Shown piece by piece: positions 43,665-55,914 of a stretch of 64,000 nt of DNA. Source of the DNA: an uncultured delta proteobacterium. GTDB lineage: Bacteria; Myxococcota_A; Polyangia; Polyangiales; B10-G4. The notes below the pieces were generated by a model. It was not told where the DNA came from, made no database searches, and saw nothing but the letters and a program-made list of their open reading frames with translations. Each line of letters begins with the position of its first letter. Within the stretch, counting starts at the first letter, position 1. The position numbers and the translations under genes are program-made. The stretch lies in contig CAVSGI010000014.1 in assembly GCA_963727445.1 (NCBI GenBank), positions 160,001-224,000 of the forward strand, in the 5' to 3' direction.

Positions 43665-44398
43665 TTCGGGCCCGAGACGTCTACAAGAGCTTCGGCGACA
43701 AGGTGGCCCTCGAGGGCGTGTCCCTCGAGGTGCCGCGCGGGTCGATCTACGCCTTGATCGGCCCGGGAGCGGCGGGCAAGAGCGTCATGCTCAAGGTGAT
43801 CGCCGGGCTCCTCGAGCCCGAACGCGGCGAGGTGACCATCGACGGCGCGCCCATCACCGGCATCGAGGACGTCGCCCGCTTCGAGATCCAACGCCGCATG
43901 GGGATGCTCTTTCAGAACTACGCGCTCTTCGACTTCATGACCGTCGGAGAGAACATCGCTTTCCCACTGAGGCGCCTGACCAACCTGAGCGACGCGGAGG
44001 TCGCCGAGCGTGTCGCCGAGCGCCTCGCGCGCATGGCGCTGCCGGGGATCGAGGATCGCGAGCCGAAGAGCCTGAGCGGCGGACAGAAGAAGCGCATCGG
44101 CGTGGCGCGCGCGACGATCACCCACCCCGAGGTGCTGCTCTACGACGAGCCCACCGCCGGCCTCGACCCGGTCACCAGCCAGAAGATCTACGATCTGTTG
44201 GCGGAGGAGCAGAAGGCCGACGGCGCCACCGCCATCGTCATCTCCAGCGACGTCGCCGGCGTCCTGTCGATCGCCGACCGCGTCGGCATGCTCCACCGCG
44301 GCCGCCTCCTGTTCGAGGGCACCGTCGAAGAAGCGCGCACCAGCGAAGTGCCCGAGGTGAAGCAGTTCGTGCACGGGCTGACGGAGGGGCCGCTCTAG
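43661..44398 (+). CDS. mlaF: ABC transporter ATP-binding protein, MlaF-like
   Basis: GPGAAGKS, GMLFQNYALFD, LSGGQKKR, YDEPTAGLDP; GTG overlaps gdhA stop. Confidence 0.82.
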   Translation: MIRARDVYKSFGDKVALEGVSLEVPRGSIYALIGPGAAGKSVMLKVIAGLLEPERGEVTIDGAPITGIEDVARFEIQRRMGMLFQNYALFDFMTVGENIAFPLRRLTNLSDAEVAERVAERLARMALPGIEDREPKSLSGGQKKRIGVARATITHPEVLLYDEPTAGLDPVTSQKIYDLLAEEQKADGATAIVISSDVAGVLSIADRVGMLHRGRLLFEGTVEEARTSEVPEVKQFVHGLTEGPL

Positions 44399-44553
44399 AT
44401 TAGGGGCCAGGGGCGGAGGCGGAGGACCGCTGCGCCGGTCTTGACGGACCGCGCGCACGAGGCGACGCCGCGCCCAACGCGTCCTGTCCGCATCGCCGGC
44501 TGACGACTTCGCCCAGTTCGCGAGAATCGGCCCGCTCTGAGTCCGTGGCTCCG

Positions 44554-45941
<1,388 letters not shown>

Positions 45942-46069
45942 ATCAAGCGCGCTCTTCCCGTTCCCGGACGGAACGGGACGCGGCGGGCGCGGAGTCGCCA
46001 CGGGCGGGCGGTCCGTCCCGTTCCCGCTCCCGTCCCCCGTCTCCACCCCTTTCCCGCTATCCTCCCGCC

Positions 46070-46849
46070 GTGGCGTCCTGGACAGCAATCCCCGCCCGTG
46101 TGGGCGGAACCGCGCTGGAAATCGCGGAGACGACCGGAGGGCTCTTCGTCCTCGCGGGGCGCCTCGTATCGCGTCTCCTGCCGCCCCGCCTCGATCGCGA
46201 GGAGCTCCTGCGCTCCCTTCATCAAACCGGCGTGCAGTCGGTGGCGATCGTGTCCGTCACCGCGCTCTTCGTCGGCGCGATCATGGTCGTCCAGGCCGCG
46301 CCCCTGGTGCTTCGCTTCGATGCCAAGGCGCTCGTCGGGTGGGGAGCCGGATTTTCGACGCTGCGCGAAGTCGGGCCGCTCCTCATCGCGCTCATGTTCA
46401 ACGGGCGCGTGGGCGCCAACAACACCGCCGAGCTCGGGACGATGGTGGTGACCGACCAGGTGGACGCGCTGCGCGCGCTCGCGATCGATCCGCTGAGCTA
46501 CCTGATCCTGCCCCGGGTGATCGCCATGGTGATCATGCTGGTGGTGCTCACGGTGATCGGCGACGCGGTCGCTGTGCTCGGCTCGATCACGGCGGCGCAG
46601 ACACTCCTCGACACCTCACCGGCCACGTTCATGTCCACCTTCCAGGGCCTCCTCGAACCCTGGGACTTCTTCTCGGGCGTCATCAAGGCCGCGATCTTCG
46701 GTGTGATGATCGCCATGACCAGCTGCTACTTCGGGCTCGCGGTCAAAGGCGGCGCGCCGGGCGTCGGGCGCGCGGTGAACAACGCCGTGGTCGCCGCGGC
46801 CAGCGGCATCTTCATCCTCGACTTCTTCGCCACCTTCGCCATCGGATGA
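46070..46849 (+). CDS. mlaE: MlaE/YrbE-family ABC permease
   Basis: LREVGPLLIALMFNGRVGA..AELGTMVVTDQVDALRALAIDP, GVGRAV. Confidence 0.9.
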   Translation: MASWTAIPARVGGTALEIAETTGGLFVLAGRLVSRLLPPRLDREELLRSLHQTGVQSVAIVSVTALFVGAIMVVQAAPLVLRFDAKALVGWGAGFSTLREVGPLLIALMFNGRVGANNTAELGTMVVTDQVDALRALAIDPLSYLILPRVIAMVIMLVVLTVIGDAVAVLGSITAAQTLLDTSPATFMSTFQGLLEPWDFFSGVIKAAIFGVMIAMTSCYFGLAVKGGAPGVGRAVNNAVVAAASGIFILDFFATFAIG

Positions 46850-47676
46850 GCAGCGTCGGCACAACGCGCGGTCCGTCAGCCGCTCCCTCCGCCCTCACCC
46901 GGCTGCTGGCCGCCATCGGCCGCGCTCCGCTGAACGCGTACCGCGAATTGCGCGGCGTCCTGTCGCTCGCGGCACGCGTCTTCTACTGGCTCCGCCACGG
47001 CCACATCCACCGCGAGCTCGTCGTCGAGCAGATGTGGATCATGGGCAACAAGAGCGTCTTCTACATGACGGTCACCATGGGGGTGATCGGCATCATCCTC
47101 ATCTACCAGGGCGGGCTGCAAGCGCAGCGTATCGTGCCGGACACGTCGATGATCGGCGCGACCTACCTGAAGTTCGTGGTACGCGACCTCGCCCCCTCCA
47201 TCGGCGGCCTGCCCCTCGCGATGCGTATCGGCGCGGGTATCGCCGCAGAGCTGGGCTCGATGGTGGTCACCGAGCAGGTCGACGCGATGCGCATGTGCGC
47301 CGCCGACCCGGTGGACTACCTGGTGGTGCCACGCTTCATCGCCTCGACCGTGATGGGCACGGTGGTGATCATCTGGTCCGCCTTCGTCATGACGATCAGC
47401 GGCATGCTCACCGCAAACCTCGTCTTCGACGTGAACTTCCATACCTTCCTGAACACCGTCCTGATGAACCACGGCGACTGGATCGTCGGGCTGGCCAAGG
47501 CCGTCACCTACGGCTCGACCATCGCGCTCGTCTCCTCGCACCGTGGGCTGTCCACCTTCGGCGGCTCCGCCGGCGTCGGGTGGGCCACGACCAGCGCCGT
47601 GGTCTACTCCTGCTTCGCGATCATCGTTCTCAACCTCTTCTTGAGCCTCCTCGGGCAGGTGGTGTTCCCGGCGTGA
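46846..47676 (+). CDS. mlaE: Second MlaE/YrbE-family ABC permease
   Basis: RDLAP, RIGAGIAAELGSMVVTEQVDAM, YLVVPR, GVGWATTSAVV. Confidence 0.9.
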   Translation: MSSVGTTRGPSAAPSALTRLLAAIGRAPLNAYRELRGVLSLAARVFYWLRHGHIHRELVVEQMWIMGNKSVFYMTVTMGVIGIILIYQGGLQAQRIVPDTSMIGATYLKFVVRDLAPSIGGLPLAMRIGAGIAAELGSMVVTEQVDAMRMCAADPVDYLVVPRFIASTVMGTVVIIWSAFVMTISGMLTANLVFDVNFHTFLNTVLMNHGDWIVGLAKAVTYGSTIALVSSHRGLSTFGGSAGVGWATTSAVVYSCFAIIVLNLFLSLLGQVVFPA

Positions 47677-48416
47677 CGCTCAGCTTTCGCGACGTGAAGA
47701 AGGCCTTCGGGCCCAAGGTCGTCCTCGACGGCGTCTCCTTCGACATCGGCGTCGGCGAACGCTTCTTCATCATCGGCGCCTCCGGGGTCGGCAAGAGCGT
47801 GCTCATCAAGCACGTGGTCGGCCTGCTCCGCGCCGATTCAGGCCAGATCCTCCTCGATGGGCAGGACGTCTCGCAGCTCTCGGAGCTCGAGCTCTATCCG
47901 GTGCGAAAGAAGTGCGCGATGGTCTTCCAGAACTCGACGCTCTTCGACTCCATGAGCTGCGCCGACAACGTCGCGCTGCCCCTGCGCAAGCACCAGCGCA
48001 TGTCCAAGAAGGAGGCGCGCGAGGAAGCCCTGCGGCGCCTCTCGCAAGTGCAGATGGAGGAGTTCGCGGACGCCCAGCCAGCCGAGCTGGGCGATGGGAT
48101 GCAGAAGCGCGTGGCGATCGCCCGCGCGCTGACCATGGACCCGGAGTACGTGCTCTTCGACGAGCCCACCACTTCCCTCGACCCGGTGAGCGCCCGGCGC
48201 GTGGACGCCATGATCGTGCGCCTGTCGGAGCTCGGCGTGACCTCGGTGGTGGTGAGCCACGACCTGGTGAGCATCTTCGACGTCGCCGACAGAATCGCGA
48301 TGCTGTACAAGGGCAAGGTGCGCCTCCTCGGGACTCCACAGGACTTCCGACACACCGACGATCCGGTGGTTCTTCAGTTCATTCGCGGCGAGGCCGAAGG
48401 GCCGATGGAGGTCTGA
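47673..48416 (+). CDS. mlaF: ABC transporter ATP-binding protein, MlaF-like (degenerate signature)
   Basis: GASGVGKS, MVFQ, LGDGMQKRVAIARA, FDEPTTSLDP, VSHD. Confidence 0.88.
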   Translation: MTLSFRDVKKAFGPKVVLDGVSFDIGVGERFFIIGASGVGKSVLIKHVVGLLRADSGQILLDGQDVSQLSELELYPVRKKCAMVFQNSTLFDSMSCADNVALPLRKHQRMSKKEAREEALRRLSQVQMEEFADAQPAELGDGMQKRVAIARALTMDPEYVLFDEPTTSLDPVSARRVDAMIVRLSELGVTSVVVSHDLVSIFDVADRIAMLYKGKVRLLGTPQDFRHTDDPVVLQFIRGEAEGPMEV

Positions 48417-48421
48417 ATCCG

Positions 48422-49450
48422 GTGGCGGGCTCAGCGAAGACGACCTCCCTCGAAGTCCGCGTCGGGCTCCTGATCCTCACGGCGATCGTCGTCTTCGTGG
48501 GCTTCATCTTCCTGCTCGGCGGCTTCGATCTCTTCGCCTCGGGAAAACGCCTGCGCATCGACTTCGACAATCCAGGTGCCGTCAAACCCGGCGCGCCTGT
48601 CACCGCCGGGGGCGTCCGGATCGGGCGCGTGGACAGGATCGAATACCGGGGCAACCAGCTCGACCCCGAGACCCACACGCGGACGCTCATCCGCGTGCAC
48701 GTCACCGTCGAGGATCGCTACTGGGAGACCATCCACGACGATGCGACCTTCTACGTCACCGCGGCGAGCATCCTCGGCGAACAGATGATCGCGGTCGATC
48801 CGGGCGCGCCGGAGCGCCCCAACTTTCGAGACAACCAGGTGGTCCTGGGCCTCGACCCTCCCCGTCTCGATCTCGCGCTCGCCCTCGGATACGAGCTGTT
48901 GGAGGCGATCGTCGACGTCCTCAGGGAAAACCGCGGCGAGCTCCGCGAGATGCTCACCCACCTCGGCAACATCCTGCGCAACCTGAGCCACCTCCTCGGT
49001 GACGAAGAGGGCCGCATCGACAACATCATGACCAACCTGGACTCTGCGATGCAGGACGCCGCCGGGCTGGCCCACGCAGCGCGCGAAACGGTCGAAGGCC
49101 CCGAGGTGCATCGCATCGTCCGCAACCTGGACCGCACTCTCGTCGCGGTCGCGCGCGACATCGAGCCCATCGTCGGCGACACCCGCAGCGCCGTCAGCAA
49201 CCTGAACGAGACCCTGTCCGCCGTCGGCCCCGAGGAGCGCGATCAGATCCGGTCGGCGATCCACGACGCCGCCGAGCTCGCCGAGCGGGCCAACGCCACA
49301 GTCGGCGAAGCGCAGAGCATCGTCAGTCAGATCAGCGAAGGCCGCGGCACGATCGGCGCGCTCTTGATGGACGATGCGATCTACGACGACCTGCAAGAGA
49401 CCGTGCGGGACGTGAAGCACAATCCCTGGAAGCTCTTCTGGCGGGAGTGA
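48422..49450 (+). CDS. mlaD: MCE/MlaD-family protein with long helical extension
   Basis: EVRVGLL TM; GAPVTAGGVRIGRV, ASILGE; C-terminal GTIGALL..DAIYDDL..NPWK. Confidence 0.88.
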   Translation: MAGSAKTTSLEVRVGLLILTAIVVFVGFIFLLGGFDLFASGKRLRIDFDNPGAVKPGAPVTAGGVRIGRVDRIEYRGNQLDPETHTRTLIRVHVTVEDRYWETIHDDATFYVTAASILGEQMIAVDPGAPERPNFRDNQVVLGLDPPRLDLALALGYELLEAIVDVLRENRGELREMLTHLGNILRNLSHLLGDEEGRIDNIMTNLDSAMQDAAGLAHAARETVEGPEVHRIVRNLDRTLVAVARDIEPIVGDTRSAVSNLNETLSAVGPEERDQIRSAIHDAAELAERANATVGEAQSIVSQISEGRGTIGALLMDDAIYDDLQETVRDVKHNPWKLFWRE

Positions 49451-49458
49451 GGTCGAGC

Positions 49459-49902
49459 TCAGTCGGCGGTGGCGTCGGCGGCGGTGCCGGTGTCCATCAC
49501 CGTGCCGGTGTCCATCACCGTCCCCGTGTCCATGGGCGGCGTGGTGTCGGGCGGCACGCTGGTGTCCATGGGCGGCGTGGTGTCGGGCGGCACGCTGGTG
49601 TCCATGGGCGGCGTGGTGTCGGGCGGCACGGTGCTGTCCATGATGGGCGCGTCCGCAGACGCGTCCATGGCGTCCGTCATCGCGTCCGCGGGCGTGGCCC
49701 CATCTCCGAGCATCGGCACCGTGCCCGCCTCGGCCAGAGCGCCCAGATCGGTGGAGCAGAAGCCGGCGACGCAGGCCAGGCCCTGGGTGGTGTCGCAATC
49801 CGCCGTCCGGAGACAGGTCTCGCCCGCCCCGCGGGCGGCCCTCTCGGTGCTGCAGGAGGTGAGCAGGGCCGTGGAGAGCAGGAGCAAGGAAAGGGGCCGC
49901 AT
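49459..49902 (-). CDS. Small Cys-rich lipoprotein with D-T/S repeat tail
   Basis: Lipobox LTSC; GETCLRTADC..GLACVAGFC; (VPPDTTPPMDTS)x3. Confidence 0.75.
   Translation of the reverse strand: MRPLSLLLLSTALLTSCSTERAARGAGETCLRTADCDTTQGLACVAGFCSTDLGALAEAGTVPMLGDGATPADAMTDAMDASADAPIMDSTVPPDTTPPMDTSVPPDTTPPMDTSVPPDTTPPMDTGTVMDTGTVMDTGTAADATAD
49526..49630 (-). repeat. 36-bp coding tandem repeat, about 3 copies
   Basis: Units begin at 49526, 49562 and 49598. Confidence 0.85.
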
Positions 49903-50052
49903 GGGCTTCGAGAATACGCCCGACAGGGGGCCGCCTCAATCGGATCCAAGGACGAGGGGATCCGATGGGTCCAAGGCCACGTGCGTATGCCACGAGGTCT
50001 CGAAACCACCGAAAGCGCGGAGGATTCGCGGCCGCGGAGGGGTGCTCTCGGA

Positions 50053-50082
50053 TTGACAATCCAGAGTGAGCCCTGCTACTTT
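50053..50082 (+). promoter_or_regulatory. Putative sigma70 promoter
   Basis: TTGACA-N18-TACTTT with TG extended -10. Confidence 0.55.
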
Positions 50083-50156
50083 TCGAGCCGCAGTTCCGCC
50101 GTATTTTCGGGGGCTGTCGCCGATTTCCACCGCCCTGCGCGACGGAGAGACGTCTG

Positions 50157-50918
50157 ATGAGCGAGCAGAAGGAATCCTCAGTCCTCTTCAACCTCAAGGA
50201 GTTGATGAACCTCGAAGAGGATCGCATCGAAGAGGAAGAGGCGGAAAAGCAGCGACGCGAGGCTGAAGCACGCGCCGCGAAGGAAGCCGAGGAGCGCGCC
50301 AAGCGCGAGGCCGAGGAAGCTCGGATCCGCGCCGAGGAGGAAGCCCGCCTCGCCGAAGAGCGCGCCATCCGCGAAGCGGAAGAGGCGAAGATCCGCGAGA
50401 AGGAAGAGCGCGAGCTGAGGGTTCGCCTCGAGACCGAGGCCAAGCAGCGCGCCGCGGAGCAGGAGCGCCTGCTTCAGCACGAGCGTGAGGTGCAGGCGCT
50501 CAAGAGCCAGCAGCGCAAGGGCGTGCACCCAGGCGTCTTCGTGGCGATCGTCGTCCTCCTTCTGGGAGGTCTCGCCGGTGGCTGGTTCGGGTTCGTGTCC
50601 CCGTACCTCGCGCGCAAGGACGCCGAGGCGGCCGCCGCGCAGCAGCTGGCGCAGCAGCAGGCCGAAGAGCGACGCCGTATCGCCGAGGAGGCCGAAGAGG
50701 CCCGCGTTCGCGCGCAGGAAGCCGCCGAGAAGGCGCGTCAGGCCGAGGAGGCCGCAGCTGCCGCCGCCCAGGCGCAGGCAGCAGCCGCCCAGGCAAATCA
50801 GCCCACCACGTCCTCCCGTCGACGCCGTCGCAGCAGCGGAGGCATGATGTCGGGCGGCATGTCCGGCGGCTCCATGACCTTCGACGACGATCCGTTGGCC
50901 GGCCTGGACGGCATCTAA
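50157..50918 (+). CDS. Coiled-coil single-pass membrane protein (TolA-like composition)
   Basis: N-terminal ESSVLFNLKEL motif, E/R/A-rich helices on both sides of one TM, C-terminal DDPLAGL; GGAGA RBS. Confidence 0.75.
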   Translation: MSEQKESSVLFNLKELMNLEEDRIEEEEAEKQRREAEARAAKEAEERAKREAEEARIRAEEEARLAEERAIREAEEAKIREKEERELRVRLETEAKQRAAEQERLLQHEREVQALKSQQRKGVHPGVFVAIVVLLLGGLAGGWFGFVSPYLARKDAEAAAAQQLAQQQAEERRRIAEEAEEARVRAQEAAEKARQAEEAAAAAAQAQAAAAQANQPTTSSRRRRRSSGGMMSGGMSGGSMTFDDDPLAGLDGI

Positions 50919-50962
50919 GACGGGCGCCCGCAGCCCCGCGGACATGCTAAAGAGTGGGCGCG

Positions 50963-51670
50963 ATGTCGGCGCCCCCGAGAGATCGTCTCGTCCTTCCCCT
51001 CGATGTGCCCACGCTCGTCGAGGCGCGGAGCTGGGTCGAGCGGCTGGCCGGTGAGGTCGGCGTCTTCAAGGTGGGCCTGCAGCTCTTCACCGCCGCGGGG
51101 CCGGACGCCGTGCGGCTGGTCCACGACGCGGGTGCGCGGTGCTTTCTCGATCTGAAGCTCCACGACATCCCCGCCACGGTGGGTCACGCCGTGAAGGCAG
51201 CCTGTGACCTCGGCGTCGCCTACCTGACCCTCCACGCGGCCAACGGGCCGGCAGGTCTGAGGGCGGCGGCCGAGGCGGCCGAGGGTCAGGACACCACCCT
51301 GCTCGCGGTCACCGTGCTGACGAGCCTCGACCAGGGCGAGCTCGACGCGATCGGCCTCGAAGGGAGCCCTGCCGAAGCCGCACAGAGGCTCGGGCGGCTC
51401 TCGGCCGACAGCGGCGTCGGCGGCCTGGTCTGCTCCCCGCACGAGTGCGCACCTCTGCGCGAGGCGCTGGGCAGCGAGATCGTGTTGATGGTGCCGGGGG
51501 TGCGGCCCGCGGGCGCGGCGGCCGGGGACCAGCGGCGGATCGCGACCCCGGGCGAGGCGATCGCCTCGGGCGCCGATCTGCTCGTCGTCGGGCGACCCAT
51601 CCGCAACGCCCCGGATCCCGTGGCGGCCGCGCGGGCCATCGTGGCGGAGATCGCCGCCGCGGCGGGGTGA
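50963..51670 (+). CDS. pyrF: Orotidine-5'-phosphate decarboxylase
   Basis: FKVG, FLDLKLHDIPATV, AVTVLTS, PGVRP..DQRR, VVGRPI. Confidence 0.97.
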   Translation: MSAPPRDRLVLPLDVPTLVEARSWVERLAGEVGVFKVGLQLFTAAGPDAVRLVHDAGARCFLDLKLHDIPATVGHAVKAACDLGVAYLTLHAANGPAGLRAAAEAAEGQDTTLLAVTVLTSLDQGELDAIGLEGSPAEAAQRLGRLSADSGVGGLVCSPHECAPLREALGSEIVLMVPGVRPAGAAAGDQRRIATPGEAIASGADLLVVGRPIRNAPDPVAAARAIVAEIAAAAG

Positions 51671-51673
51671 CCG

Positions 51674-52390
51674 GTGGGGCGGATCATCGCAGGCCGGCGC
51701 GCCGTCTACGAAGCCCTCGCGAGCCGCGGCGAGATCGCCGTGGTCTTCGCGCAGGATCCCGACGACGAGGGTCTGTCGCGGATTTGCGACCTCGCGCGAA
51801 AGAAGAAGGTTCGCCTCGAGCCGCGCAGCGCCAGCGAGCTGTCGGCCCTCGCCGGGGAGGCGCGACACCAGGGCGTGGTCGCCGTCGCGGGCCCCTACCC
51901 CTATCGCGACCTGCACGAGCTGCTCGAGGAAGCGGGCGATCGCCCGCTTCTGGTGGCGCTCGACCAGATCACGGACCCGCACAACTTCGGCGCCATCGTT
52001 CGCAGCGTGGTCGCCTTCGGCGCGCGCGGTGTGATCATCACTCAGGATCGCGCCGCGCCGGTGACCCCGGTGGTGGTGCGGGCGTCGGCGGGCGCGACCG
52101 AGCACGTGGCGATCGCCCGCGTCACCAACCTCAAGCGCACCCTCGGACAGCTCTCGAAGGAGGGGTTCGAGATCGTCGGGCTGGCGGGGGAAGCCGAAGA
52201 GCACCTCGGCGATGTCGGCCCGGCCGCCGGCGGGCGGGTGCTTGTGATCGGCTCGGAGGGCAAGGGCCTGCGGAGGCTCACGCGACAAGCCTGCGATCGC
52301 CTCGTTCGAATCGAGATGACCGAGACCATCGGCTCTCTCAACGCCTCGGTCGCCGCCGGGATCGCGCTCTACGCCCTCACGCGGAGCTGA
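51674..52390 (+). CDS. rlmB: 23S rRNA Gm2251-type TrmH/SpoU methyltransferase
   Basis: HQGVVA, LDQITDPHNFGAIVRS, RASAGA, IGSEGKG, SLNASVA. Confidence 0.9.
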   Translation: MGRIIAGRRAVYEALASRGEIAVVFAQDPDDEGLSRICDLARKKKVRLEPRSASELSALAGEARHQGVVAVAGPYPYRDLHELLEEAGDRPLLVALDQITDPHNFGAIVRSVVAFGARGVIITQDRAAPVTPVVVRASAGATEHVAIARVTNLKRTLGQLSKEGFEIVGLAGEAEEHLGDVGPAAGGRVLVIGSEGKGLRRLTRQACDRLVRIEMTETIGSLNASVAAGIALYALTRS

Positions 52391-52435
52391 CCCTGCGGCG
52401 CCGCTTCGCTTCGGCTCCGACCAGCCTTCTCTTGG

Positions 52436-54374
52436 TTACTCCGCGGCCGCCCGCTCCTGGTGGGCGGCCTTGGCCTCGGCGAGGAGCGACGAGAGCTCGT
52501 CGCCTTCGAGGACTTCCTTTTCGATGAGCGACTTGGTGATGCGTTCGAGCGCGTCGCGGTTGGCGGTGAGAAGCGACACCGCCTTTTCGCGCGCGGTCTC
52601 GACGATGGTGCGCACCTCGGTGTCGATGATGTCGTTGAGCTTGTCACCGACGTCGCGGGTGAAGCCCACGCCGCCCGCGTCTCCACCGAGGAAGATCGGC
52701 CGGCGCTCTCCGCTGATGGAAAGCGGACCGACGGCGTCGCTCATGCCGTAGTCGACCACCATGGCCCGTGCCATCTCCGTCGCCTTCTGCAGATCGTTCT
52801 GCGCCCCGGTCGAAGGCTCGCCGAAGACGACCTCCTCGGCCGCCCGCCCCCCGAGCAGGCCCACGATCTTCGCGCGGAGGTCGGTCTCGGTCATCAGATA
52901 CCGCTCCTCGGTGGGAAGCGTCATCGTGTAGCCGAGGGCCGCCATCCCGCGCGGGATGATCGAGAATCTTGTGGACCGTCTCCTCGCCGCCTGCGAGCAG
53001 GCCCGCCAGCGCGTGGCCGACCTCGTGATACGCGACCCGGCGCTTCTCGCGGTCGGTGATGAGTCGGCTCTTCTTCTCGAGGCCGGCGACCACACGGTCG
53101 ATGGCGTCGGAGAGCTCCTTCATCGTGACCCGCTCCTTGTCGCGCCGCGCGGCGAGGAGCGCGGCCTCGTTCACCAGATTCGCGAGGTCCGCGCCGGCGA
53201 AGCCGGGCGTTCGCGACGCGATCTCCGCGAGGTCCACGTCATCGTCGAGCCGCACCCCTTTGACGTGCACGCGGAGGATCGCCTCGCGGCCCTTGCGGTC
53301 GGGCCGATCGACGAGGATCTGCCGGTCGAAGCGTCCGGGGCGCAGCAGGGCCGGGTCGAGGATCTCGGGCCGGTTGGTCGCGGCCATGAGGATCACCGCC
53401 GCGTGCGGCGCAAATCCGTCCATCTCCACCAGGAGCTGGTTCAGCGTCTGCTCCCGCTCTTCGTTCGAGCCGATGCCGCCCGAGCTGCCGCGGCTCCGCC
53501 CGAGCGCGTCGAGCTCGTCGATGAACACGATGCACGGCGCGGACTTCTCCGCCTGGTCGAAGAGGTCGCGGACGCGCGCGGCACCGACGCCGACGAACAT
53601 CTCGACGAATTCGGAGCCGCTGATCGAGATGAAGGGAACCTGCGCCTCGCCGGCGACGGCGCGCGCCAACAGCGTCTTGCCGGTGCCGGGGGGCCCGACG
53701 AGCAGCACGCCCTTGGGGATCCTGGCGCCGATGTTCGTGTACTTCTCGGGCGTGCGGAGGAACTCGATGATCTCTTCCAGCTCCACCTTGGCCTCTTCGA
53801 CTCCGGCCACGTCGTCGAAGGTCACGGAGACCGAGTCCTGTTGGACGATCTTGCCCTTGCTCTTGCCGAAGGTGAGCGCGCCGGAGGCACCTGCGCCTGG
53901 CGCCATGCGGCGCAAGAGCCCGCCCCAGAGCAGGAAGAGCAAGAGGACCGAGACGCCGAGGTAGATCATCCAGGGCCACTGACTCCCCATCCCGGAGTCG
54001 TCCACGTAGCGGATCGCGACGTGGTGCTCTTCCATCAGCGGCAGGAGCGACTCGTCGCGCGGGTCGCGACCCGTGACGAAGACGTCGGGACGCGTGGTGC
54101 CCTGGGCATCCTCGCGAGGCGGTGGCTTCTTGCCGTGCTCGTAGCCGCCGCGGATCTCCGTCGGCGAGAGCTGCACCCAATCGACGCGGTCGTCGCGGAT
54201 GTAGCGCTTGAGCTCGTCGTAGCGGATCTGATCGCGGGGCTCGAAGGAGAACACCGACTGAAAGATCGCGAGGAGCACCAGCGCGCCGAGCAACAGATAG
54301 AAGGGGAAACGCCGCCGCACCCCCCCGTCGGGAGGGGGCGGCTCGGTGGGCCTCTTGTCGGGCGGCGGCGGCAC
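52436..54374 (-). CDS. ftsH: ATP-dependent zinc metalloprotease FtsH; one frameshift near 52965 (probable error)
   Basis: Two TMs; [35 protein letters not shown]; continues as SIIPRG..ALGYT, GGRAAEE, TGAQNDL in another frame. Confidence 0.93.
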
Positions 54375-54447
54375 GGACCAAGGGTAAGCATGGGCGCCGC
54401 CGAGCGGAAGCCCCGAGAACCACGGAGGATCCCGAGCCTCGCGCTTC

Positions 54448-55179
54448 TCACTCCACGCGGACGATCTTGCCGTCGGCGATGCCCGCCCGGACGTGGTCGA
54501 AGGCGGCCGTGACGGCATCGCCGTCGGTCCCATCGAAGGTCAGGCGCACCGCGTAGTCGGGCGCATCCCACGCGAGATAGCTCCCGATGATCACTCGCGG
54601 ATGCGCCTGGGCGGCCTCGTCGAGGAGATCGGCGAGCTCGAACTCGTCGGCGTGGGTGTAGAGCACCCGGCTCACGAAAGGAGCGTCCGAGCGGAGGCGC
54701 TCGCGGAGCACGGGGAACTTCCGGTGGAGGATCTGGGGGACGCCAGGAAAGACGTAGACGTTTTCGACCTCCACCGTGGGCCAGGGCATCTCGCCGCTTC
54801 GCACCAGCGAAGCCCCTTCCGGCACGTCGGCCATGCGCAGGTGCCCTTCGGTGGTCTCGTCCCCGAAGTGCTTTCGCACCATCCGCTCGATCTCGGGCGA
54901 GCGGGTGATCCCGCGGCCGAGCGCGTGCGCCACCGCCTCGAGGGTGACGTCATCGTGGGTGGGACCCACGCCGCCGGTGGTGAACACCACGTCGTGGTCG
55001 GCGCGGAGCGCGTTCAGGTCGCTCGCGATCACCTCGATCTCGTCCGGGCAGATGATCACGCGACGCAGCGCGACGCCGAGCGCGAAGAGCTCGCTCGCCA
55101 GGTAGGGAACGTTCTCGTCCCGGATCTTCCCCGAGAGGATCTCGTTGCCGATGACCAGGATCGCGGCGGTGCGCGCCAT
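54448..55179 (-). CDS. CinA-like molybdopterin-binding (MoCF) domain protein
   Basis: [32 protein letters not shown]. Confidence 0.85.
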   Translation of the reverse strand: MARTAAILVIGNEILSGKIRDENVPYLASELFALGVALRRVIICPDEIEVIASDLNALRADHDVVFTTGGVGPTHDDVTLEAVAHALGRGITRSPEIERMVRKHFGDETTEGHLRMADVPEGASLVRSGEMPWPTVEVENVYVFPGVPQILHRKFPVLRERLRSDAPFVSRVLYTHADEFELADLLDEAAQAHPRVIIGSYLAWDAPDYAVRLTFDGTDGDAVTAAFDHVRAGIADGKIVRVE

Positions 55180-55194
55180 GCGGCGAGGGTATAG

Positions 55195-55611
55195 CTACTC
55201 GCAGTAGGGCGCCATGGTCTCGCGAAAGCTGTCGCTCCACGGCACCGGTTGCCAGGTGTCGGGGCTGACGCGGACGATGGTGCGGGAGCCGCTCGCGTAG
55301 TCGAGGTCCTGGTCGAGCGGCAGGCAACGAAGGCCGAAGGTGAGGCTGGTGCGCCCGAGCTTGTGTACCCACACCCGCACCCGTACCTCGCCCACGCCCT
55401 TCACCGGGCGCAGGTAATCGACGTGATTGGCGCGGACGAGGTGGAAGCGATCCGAATCGCTCTGCACGTCGAGAGGCCCGCCCCAGCCGAGATGCCGCCA
55501 GAAGCTGCCGATGGTGCGCTCGAAGAGCAGCACGTAGCGCGCGTTGTGGAGGATCTGGAAGGCGTCGAGGTCGTCGAAGTAGACGCCGTGTGTGGTCTCG
55601 TGAAATCGCAT
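55195..55611 (-). CDS. Hot-dog fold acyl-CoA thioesterase (YbgC/4HBT-like)
   Basis: VYFDDLDAFQILHNARY, VDYLRP, LGRTS. Confidence 0.85.
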   Translation of the reverse strand: MRFHETTHGVYFDDLDAFQILHNARYVLLFERTIGSFWRHLGWGGPLDVQSDSDRFHLVRANHVDYLRPVKGVGEVRVRVWVHKLGRTSLTFGLRCLPLDQDLDYASGSRTIVRVSPDTWQPVPWSDSFRETMAPYCE

Positions 55612-55614
55612 GGG

Positions 55615-55914
55615 TCAAGGGGGGATGGCGCGGAGGCTGAGCTCTATCTGGGTCTCTCCCACCGGGAGGTCCACCTCTACGTCGTGAGGAAAGTAACCAG
55701 GCGCGGTCACGGTGACGAAGTGGCGTCCGGGACGGAGCCGCTCCGGTCGCCCGGCCAGCTTGCGTCCCGTGGCGATGAAGCGATCGTCGATGTAGACGGA
55801 GGCGGTTTCGGGCTCGATCCGCATGCGCAAGAGCGCGTGCTCGCCCGCCTGCTGCCGGCCCCCGCAGCTGGCGACGAGCGACAGCGCGAAGGCGAGGAGC
55901 AGAACGCGACTCAC
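55615..55914 (-). CDS. PEGA-domain lipoprotein
   Basis: Lipobox VASC; EPETASVYIDD, PGRHFVTVTAPGY. Confidence 0.75.
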   Translation of the reverse strand: MSRVLLLAFALSLVASCGGRQQAGEHALLRMRIEPETASVYIDDRFIATGRKLAGRPERLRPGRHFVTVTAPGYFPHDVEVDLPVGETQIELSLRAIPP

